Made by a program: the position numbers and the translations under genes. A stretch of 64,000 nucleotides of DNA. It comes from Auanema rhodensis. Its lineage: Eukaryota; Animalia; Nematoda. This document shows, one piece after another, positions 55,581 to 64,000 of the stretch (positions are counted from its first letter, which is position 1; every line of letters begins with the position of its first letter). The DNA is taken from positions 21,018,001 to 21,082,000 of the forward strand of contig OZ059894.1 in assembly GCA_964057225.1 (NCBI GenBank), given 5' to 3'. The notes under the pieces were generated by a model. The model searched no databases. It saw only the letters and a program-made list of their open reading frames with translations, and had not been told where the DNA came from.

Positions 55581-58500
55581 AAGAATTAATTTTTTCGTTG
55601 AATAACATTGTCCATCGTCTTTGCCTTGAAAAAAGGAATCTAAAAACATCTATTTTTTGCTAAATTATTTTGAAATTTCTCGAAAAAATTTTTGTCAAAA
55701 TGTTTTTGGAAGCAATGTTGAGTGTACATGGAAACTCAACATACACTAATGCATCATTTTTCAAACGATCATAACTAATTTTTGTATTAAGCGTTTCTCA
55801 ATGTAGTATAGTGCATTCGATGCGGATTTTTAAGCTGCGTCGTTCTGTGTTATCAGATTTGCGCTAGCTTAAAAATGCACCGAGATATCAACTGATATAA
55901 GTTCACACTTATATCCTCGATTTTCACCCTGAAGAATTAATTTTTTCGTTGAATAACATTGTCCATCGTCTTTGCCTTGAAAAAAGGAATCTAAAAACAT
56001 CTACTTTTTGCTAAATTATCTTGAAATTTTTCGAAAAAATTTTTGTCAAAATGTTTTTGGAAGCAATGTTGAGTGTACATGGAAACTCAACATACACTAA
56101 TGCATCATTTTTCAAACGATCATAACTAATTTTTGTATTAAGCGTTTCTCAATGTAGTATAGTGCATTCGATGCGGATTTTTAAGCTGCGTCGATCTGTG
56201 TTATCAGATTTGCGCTAGCTTAAAAATGCACCGAGATATCAACTGATATAAGTTCACACATATATCCTCGATTTTCACCCTGAAGAATTAATTTTTTCGT
56301 TGAATAACATTGTCCATCGTCTTTGCCTTGAAAAAAGGAATCTAAAAACATCTATTTTTTGCTAAATTATTTTGAAATTTCTCGAAAAAATTTTTGTCAA
56401 AATGTTTTTGGAAGCAATGTTGAGTGTACATGGAAACTCAACATACACTAATGCATCATTTTTCAAACGATCATAACTAATTTTTGTATTAAGCGTTTCT
56501 CAATGTAGTATAGTGCATTCGATGCGGATTTTTAAGCTGCGTCGTTCTGTGTTATCAGATTTGCGCTAGCTTAAAAATGCACCGAGATATCAACTGATAT
56601 AAGTTCACACTTATATCCTCGATTTTCACCCTGAAGAATTAATTTTTTCGTTGAATAACATTGTCCATCGTCTTTGCCTTGAAAAAAGGAATCTAAAAAC
56701 ATCTACTTTTCGCTAAATTATTTTGAAATTTTTCGAAAAAATTTTTGTCAAAATGTTTTTGGAAGCAATGTTGAGTGTACATGGAAACTCAACATACACT
56801 AATGCATCATTTTTCAAACGATCATAACTAATTTTTGTATTAAGCGTTTCTCAATGTAGTATAGTGCATTCGATGCGGATTTTTAAGCTGCGTCGTTCTG
56901 TGTTATCAGATTTGCGCTAGCTTAAAAATGCACCGAGATATCAACTGATATAAGTTCACACTTATATCCTCGATTTTCACCCTGAAGAATTAATTTTTTC
57001 GTTGAATAACATTGTCCATCGTCTTTGCCTTGAAAAAAGGAATCTAAAAACATCTACTTTTTGCTAAATTATTTTGAAATTTTTCGAAAAAATTTTTGTC
57101 AAAATGTTTTTGGAAGCAATGTTGAGTGTACATGGAAACTCAACATACACTAATGCATCATTTTTCAAACGATCATAACTAATTTTTGTATTAAGCGTTT
57201 CTCAATGTAGTATAGTGCATTCGATGCGGATTTTTAAGCTGCGTCGATCTGTGTTATCAGATTTGCGCTAGCTTAAAAATGCACCGAGATATCAACTGAT
57301 ATAAGTTCACACTTATATCCTCGATTTTCACCCTGAAGAATTAATTTTTTCGTTGAATAACATTGTCCATCGTCTTTGCCTTGAAAAAAGGAATCTAAAA
57401 ACATCTACTTTTTGCTAAATTATTTTGAAATTTTTCGAAAAAATTTTTGTCAAAATGTTTTTGGAAGCAATGTTGAGTGTACATGGAAACTCAACATACA
57501 CTAATGCACCATTTTTCAAACGATCATAACTAATTTTTGTATTAAGCGTTTCTCAATGTAGTATAGTGCATTCGATGCGGATTTTTAAGCTGCGTCGTTC
57601 TGTGTTATCAGATTTGCGCTAGCTTAAAAATGCACCGAGATATCAACTGATATAAGTTCACACTTATATCCTCGATTTTCACCCTGAAGAATTAATTTTT
57701 TCGTTGAATAACATTGTCCATCGTCTTTGCCTTGAAAAAAGGAATCTAAAAACATCTACTTTTTGCTAAATTATTTTGAAATTTTTCGAAAAAATTTTTG
57801 TCAAAATGTTTTTGGAAGCAATGTTGAGTGTACATGGAAACTCAACATACACTAATGCACCATTTTTCAAACGATCATAACTAATTTTTGTATTAAGCGT
57901 TTCTCAATGTAGTATAGTGCATTCGATGCGGATTTTTAAGCTGCGTCGTTCTGTGTTATCAGATTTGCGCTAGCTTAAAAATGCACCGAGATATCAACTG
58001 ATATAAGTTCACACTTATATCCTCGATTTTCACCCTGAAGAATTAATTTTTTCGTTGAATAACATTGTCCATCGTCTTTGCCTTGAAAAAAGGAATCTAA
58101 AAACATTTACTTTTTGCTAAATTATTTTGAAATTTTTCGAAAAAATTTTTGTCAAAATGTTTTTGGAAGCAATGTTGAGTGTACATGGAAACTCAACATA
58201 CACTAATGCATCATTTTTCAAACGATCATAACTAATTTTTGTATTAAGCGTTTCTCAATGTAGTATAGTGCATTCGATGCGGATTTTTAAGCTGCGTCGA
58301 TCTGTGTTATCAGATTTGCGCTAGCTTAAAAATGCACCGAGATATCAACTGATATAAGTTCACACTTATATCCTCGATTTTCACCCTGAAGAATTAATTT
58401 TTTCGTTGAATAACATTGTCCATCGTCTTTGCCTTGAAAAAAGGAATCTAAAAACATCTACTTTTTGCTAAATTATTTTGAAATTTTTCGAAAAAATTTT

Positions 58501-61500
58501 TGTCAAAATGTTTTTGGAAGCAATGTTGAGTGTACATGGAAACTCAACATACACTAATGCACCATTTTTCAAACGATCATAACTAATTTTTGTATTAAGC
58601 GTTTCTCAATGTAGTATAGTGCATTCGATGCGGATTTTTAAGCTGCGTCGTTCTGTGTTATCAGATTTGCGCTAGCTTAAAAATGCACCGAGATATCAAC
58701 TGATATAAGTTCACACTTATATCCTCGATTTTCACCCTGAAGAATTAATTTTTTCGTTGAATAACATTGTCCATCGTCTTTGCCTTGAAAAAAGGAATCT
58801 AAAAACATCTACTTTTTGCTAAATTATTTTGAAATTTTTCGAAAAAATTTTTGTCAAAATGTTTTTGGAAGCAATGTTGAGTGTACATGGAAACTCAACA
58901 TACACTAATGCATCATTTTTCAAACGATCATAACTAATTTTTGTATTAAGCGTTTCTCAATGTAGTATAGTGCATTCGATGCGGATTTTTAAGCTGCGTC
59001 GATCTGTGTTATCAGATTTGCGCTAGCTTAAAAATGCACCGAGATATCAACTGATATAAGTTCACACTTATATCCTCGATTTTCACCCTGAAGAATTAAT
59101 TTTTTCGTTGAATAACATTGTCCATCGTCTTTGCCTTGAAAAAAGGAATCTAAAAACATCTACTTTCTGCTAAATTATTTTGAAATTTCTCGAAAAAATT
59201 TTTGTCAAAATGTTTTTGGAAGCAATGTTGAGTGTACATGGAAACTCAACATACACTAATGCATCATTTTTCAAACGATTATAACTAATTTTTGTATTAA
59301 GCGTTTCTCAATGTAGTATAGTGCATTCGATGCGGATTTTTAAGCTGCGTCGTTCTGTGTTATCAGATTTGCGCTAGCTTAAAAATGCACCGAGATATCA
59401 ACTGATATAAGTTCACACTTATATCCTCGATTTTCACCCTGAAGAATTAATTTTTTCGTTGAATAACATTGTCCATCGTCTTTGCCTTGAAAAAAGGAAT
59501 CTAAAAACATCTACTTTTTGCTAAATTATTTTGAAATTTTTCGAAAAAATTTTTGTCAAAATGTTTTTGGAAGCAATGTTGAGTGTACATGGAAACTCAA
59601 CATACACTAATGCATCATTTTTCAAACGATCATAACTAATTTTTGTATTAAGCGTTTCTCAATGTAGTATAGTGCATTCGATGCGGATTTTTAAGCTGCG
59701 TCGATCTGTGTTATCAGATTTGCGCTAGCTTAAAAATGCACCGAGATATCAACTGATATAAGTTCACACATATATCCTCGATTTTCACCCTGAAGAATTA
59801 ATTTTTTCGTTGAATAACATTGTCCATCGTCTTTGCCTTGAAAAAAGGAATCTAAAAACATCTACTTTTTGCTAAATTATTTTGAAATTTTTCGAAAAAA
59901 TTTTTGTCAAAATGTTTTTGGAAGCAATGTTGAGTGTACATGGAAACTCAACATACACTAATGCATCATTTTTCAAACGATCATAACTAATTTTTGTATT
60001 AAGCGTTTCTCAATGTAGTATAGTGCATTCGATGCGGATTTTTAAGCTGCGTCGATCTGTGTTATCAGATTTGCGCTAGCTTAAAAATGCACCGAGATAT
60101 CAACTGATATAAGTTCACACTTATATCCTCGATTTTCACCCTGAAGAATTAATTTTTTCGTTGAATAACATTGTCCATCGTCTTTGCCTTGAAAAAAGGA
60201 ATCTAAAAACATCTATTTTTTGCTAAATTATTTTGAAATTTCTCGAAAAAATTTTTGTCAAAATGTTTTTGGAAGCAATGTTGAGTGTACATGGAAACTC
60301 AACATACACTAATGCATCATTTTTCAAACGATCATAACTAATTTTTGTATTAAGCGTTTCTCAATGTAGTATAGTGCATTCGATGCGGATTTTTAAGCTG
60401 CGTCGTTCTGTGTTATCAGATTTGCGCTAGCTTAAAAATGCACCGAGATATCAACTGATATAAGTTCACACTTATATCCTCGATTTTCACCCTGAAGATT
60501 TAATTTTTTCGTTGAATAACATTGTCCATCGTCTTTGCCTTGAAAAAAGGAATCTAAAAACATCTACTTTTTGCTAAATTATCTTGAAATTTTTCGAAAA
60601 AATTTTTGTCAAAATGTTTTTGGAAGCAATGTTGAGTGTACATGGAAACTCAACATACACTAATGCATCATTTTTCAAACGATCATAACTAATTTTTGTA
60701 TTAAGCGTTTCTCAATGTAGTATAGTGCATTCGATGCGGATTTTTAAGCTGCGTCGATCTGTGTTATCAGATTTGCGCTAGCTTAAAAATGCACCGAGAT
60801 ATCAACTGATATAAGTTCACACTTATATCCTCGATTTTCACCCTGAAGAATTAATTTTTTCGTTGAATAACATTGTCCATCGTCTTTGCCTTGAAAAAAG
60901 GAATCTAAAAACATCTATTTTTTGCTAAATTATTTTGAAATTTCTCGAAAAAATTTTTGTCAAAATGTTTTTGGAAGCAATGTTGAGTGTACATGGAAAC
61001 TCAACATACACTAATGCATCATTTTTCAAACGATCATAACTAATTTTTGTATTAAGCGTTTCTCAATGTAGTATAGTGCATTCGATGCGGATTTTTAAGC
61101 TGCGTCGTTCTGTGTTATCAGATTTGCGCTAGCTTAAAAATGCACCGAGATATCAACTGATATAAGTTCACACTTATATCCTCGATTTTCACCCTGAAGA
61201 TTTAATTTTTTCGTTGAATAACATTGTCCATCGTCTTTGCCTTGAAAAAAGGAATCTAAAAACATCTACTTTTTGCTAAATTATCTTGAAATTTTTCGAA
61301 AAAATTTTTGTCAAAATGTTTTTGGAAGCAATGTTGAGTGTACATGGAAACTCAACATACACTAATGCATCATTTTTCAAACGATCATAACTAATTTTTG
61401 TATTAAGCGTTTCTCAATGTAGTATAGTGCATTCGATGCGGATTTTTAAGCTGCGTCGATCTGTGTTATCAGATTTGCGCTAGCTTAAAAATGCACCGAG

Positions 61501-63786
61501 ATATCAACTGATATAAGTTCACACATATATCCTCGATTTTCACCCTGAAGAATTAATTTTTTCGTTGAATAACATTGTCCATCGTCTTTGCCTTGAAAAA
61601 AGGAATCTAAAAACATCTATTTTTTGCTAAATTATTTTGAAATTTCTCGAAAAAATTTTTGTCAAAATGTTTTTGGAAGCAATGTTGAGTGTACATGGAA
61701 ACTCAACATACACTAATGCATCATTTTTCAAACGATCATAACTAATTTTTGTATTAAGCGTTTCTCAATGTAGTATAGTGCATTCGATGCGGATTTTTAA
61801 GCTGCGTCGTTCTGTGTTATCAGATTTGCGCTAGCTTAAAAATGCACCGAGATATCAACTGATATAAGTTCACACTTATATCCTCGATTTTCACCCTGAA
61901 GAATTAATTTTTTCGTTGAATAACATTGTCCATCGTCTTTGCCTTGAAAAAAGGAATCTAAAAACATCTATTTTTTGCTAAATTATTTTGAAATTTCTCG
62001 AAAAAATTTTTGTCAAAATGTTTTTGGAAGCAATGTTGAGTGTACATGGAAACTCAACATACACTAATGCATCATTTTTCAAACGATCATAACTAATTTT
62101 TGTATTAAGCGTTTCTCAATGTAGTATAGTGCATTCGATGCGGATTTTTAAGCTGCGTCGTTCTGTGTTATCAGATTTGCGCTAGCTTAAAAATGCACCG
62201 AGATATCAACTGATATAAGTTCACACTTATATCCTCGATTTTCACCCTGAAGAATTAATTTTTTCGTTGAATAACATTGTCCATCGTCTTTGCCTTGAAA
62301 AAAGGAATCTAAAAACATCTACTTTTTGCTAAATTATCTTGAAATTTTTCGAAAAAATTTTTGTCAAAATGTTTTTGGAAGCAATGTTGAGTGTACATGG
62401 AAACTCAACATACACTAATGCATCATTTTTCAAACGATCATAACTAATTTTTGTATTAAGCGTTTCTCAATGTAGTATAGTGCATTCGATGCGGATTTTT
62501 AAGCTGCGTCGATCTGTGTTATCAGATTTGCGCTAGCTTAAAAATGCACCGAGATATCAACTGATATAAGTTCACACATATATCCTCGATTTTCACCCTG
62601 AAGAATTAATTTTTTCGTTGAATAACATTGTCCATCGTCTTTGCCTTGAAAAAAGGAATCTAAAAACATCTACTTTTTGCTAAATTATCTTGAAATTTTT
62701 CGAAAAAATTTTTGTCAAAATGTTTTTGGAAGCAATGTTGAGTGTACATGGAAACTCAACATACACTAATGCATCATTTTTCAAACGATCATAACTAATT
62801 TTTGTATTAAGCGTTTCTCAATGTAGTATAGTGCATTCGATGCGGATTTTTAAGCTGCGTCGATCTGTGTTATCAGATTTGCGCTAGCTTAAAAATGCAC
62901 CGAGATATCAACTGATATAAGTTCACACATATATCCTCGATTTTCACCCTGAAGAATTAATTTTTTCGTTGAATAACATTGTCCATCGTCTTTGCCTTGA
63001 AAAAAGGAATCTAAAAACATCTACTTTTTGCTAAATTATTTTGAAATTTTTCGAAAAAATTTTTGTCAAAATGTTTTTGGAAGCAATGTTGAGTGTACAT
63101 GGAAACTCAACATACACTAATGCATCATTTTTCAAACGATCATAACTAATTTTTGTATTAAGCGTTTCTCAATGTAGTATAGTGCATTCGATGCGGATTT
63201 TTAAGCTGCGTCGTTCTGTGTTATCAGATTTGCGCTAGCTTAAAAATGCACCGAGATATCAACTGATATAAGTTCACACTTATATCCTCGATTTTCACCC
63301 TGAAGAATTAATTTTTTCGTTGAATAACATTGTCCATCGTCTTTGCCTTGAAAAAAGGAATCTAAAAACATCTACTTTTTGCTAAATTATCTTGAAATTT
63401 TTCGAAAAAATTTTTGTCAAAATGTTTTTGGAAGCAATGTTGAGTGTACATGGAAACTCAACATACACTAATGCATCATTTTTCAAACGATCATAACTAA
63501 TTTTTGTATTAAGCGTTTCTCAATGTAGTATAGTGCATTCGATGCGGATTTTTAAGCTGCGTCGATCTGTGTTATCAGATTTGCGCTAGCTTAAAAATGC
63601 ACCGAGATATCAACTGATATAAGTTCACACATATATCCTCGATTTTCACCCTGAAGAATTAATTTTTTCGTTGAATAACATTGTCCATCGTCTTTGCCTT
63701 GAAAAAAGGAATCTAAAAACATCTACTTTTTGCTAAATTATCTTGAAATTTTTCGAAAAAATTTTTGTCAAAATGTTTTTGGAAGC
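55540..63786 (-). repeat. Same 351-bp satellite in inverted orientation (23.5 monomers, 8247 bp)
   Basis: From 55540 the sequence reads ACTGATATAAGTTCACACTTATATCC, the reverse complement of the monomer from p128 downward. It continues with period 351 and no indel to GGAAGC at 63786 (p306). Confidence 0.99.
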
Positions 63787-63816
63787 CAATGTTATTCAAC
63801 GAAAAAATTAATTCTT
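63684..63816. other. Right strand-switch junction (head-to-head) at 63786/63787; CAATGTT microhomology plus one extra C, 103-bp spacer
   Basis: Reverse consensus is GGAAG-CAATGTT-GAGT, forward consensus is GATGGA-CAATGTT-ATTC, and the observed sequence is GGAAG-C-CAATGTT-ATTC. Confidence 0.96.
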
Positions 63817-64000
63817 CAGGGTGAAAATCGAGGATATAAGTGTGAACTTATATCAGTTGATATCTCGGTGCATTTTTAAGCTAGCGCAAATCTGATAACA
63901 CAGAACGACGCAGCTTAAAAATCCGCATCGAATGCACTATACTACATTGAGAAACGCTTAATACAAAAATTAGTTATGATCGTTCGAAAAATGATGCATT
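63787..64000 (+). repeat. 351-bp satellite, forward orientation resumed (partial monomer from p58, truncated by window end)
   Basis: CAATGTTATTCAACGAAAAAATTAATTCTTCAGGG from 63787 matches forward p58 onward. Confidence 0.98.

Noticed and set aside
55578-55640. Hammerhead ribozyme, as known from some satellites (CTGAAGA on the minus strand matches CUGANGA, with GAAA downstream)
   Set aside because: No stem II closes between CUGAAGA and the next GAAA, and I could not build stems I and III around an NUH site. The plus-strand CTGATAA does not fit the core. An Infernal search would settle it.
47334-63786. Fold-back read chimera or breakage-fusion-bridge fold-back duplication at 55540
   Set aside because: The arms are not mirror images at variant level. 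The left arm has A34/G59/G17 while the inverted arm has A15/T110/G350, and the orientation reverts at 63787.
55540-63786. Transposon or other foreign insertion at the strand switches
   Set aside because: Every base at both junctions is assignable to the satellite. There are no terminal repeats, poly-A tail or coding remnants.

Overview
The whole 64 kb window is one non-coding, AT-rich (about 31% GC by my hand count, 110/351) tandem satellite with a 351-bp monomer. There are about 182 copies, each differing from consensus by a few bases at most. I find no genes, RNA genes, CRISPR arrays or transposon bodies, and all six reading frames contain stops in every monomer. Monomer position 1 (p1) is defined as the T of TAATTTAGC at base 1. 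The array runs forward from 1 to 55539 (158 monomers plus 87 bp, with six 1-bp deletions). It then flips to the minus strand from 55540 to 63786 (8247 bp = 46 + 23x351 + 128) and returns to forward at 63787. The two junctions are not reciprocal: the forward flank stops at p87 and restarts at p58, so 30 bp are formally duplicated on either side. The inverted block's variants match the forward 42-47 kb region rather than its neighbours. Rare variants reveal local 2-, 3-, 4-, 6- and 7-monomer duplications and large haplotype domains. The monomer itself is an almost continuous chain of dyad symmetries. The best reading is a eukaryotic, probably invertebrate, (peri)centromeric or heterochromatic satellite, but I cannot name the species or family from sequence alone. 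All variant calls were made by eye.
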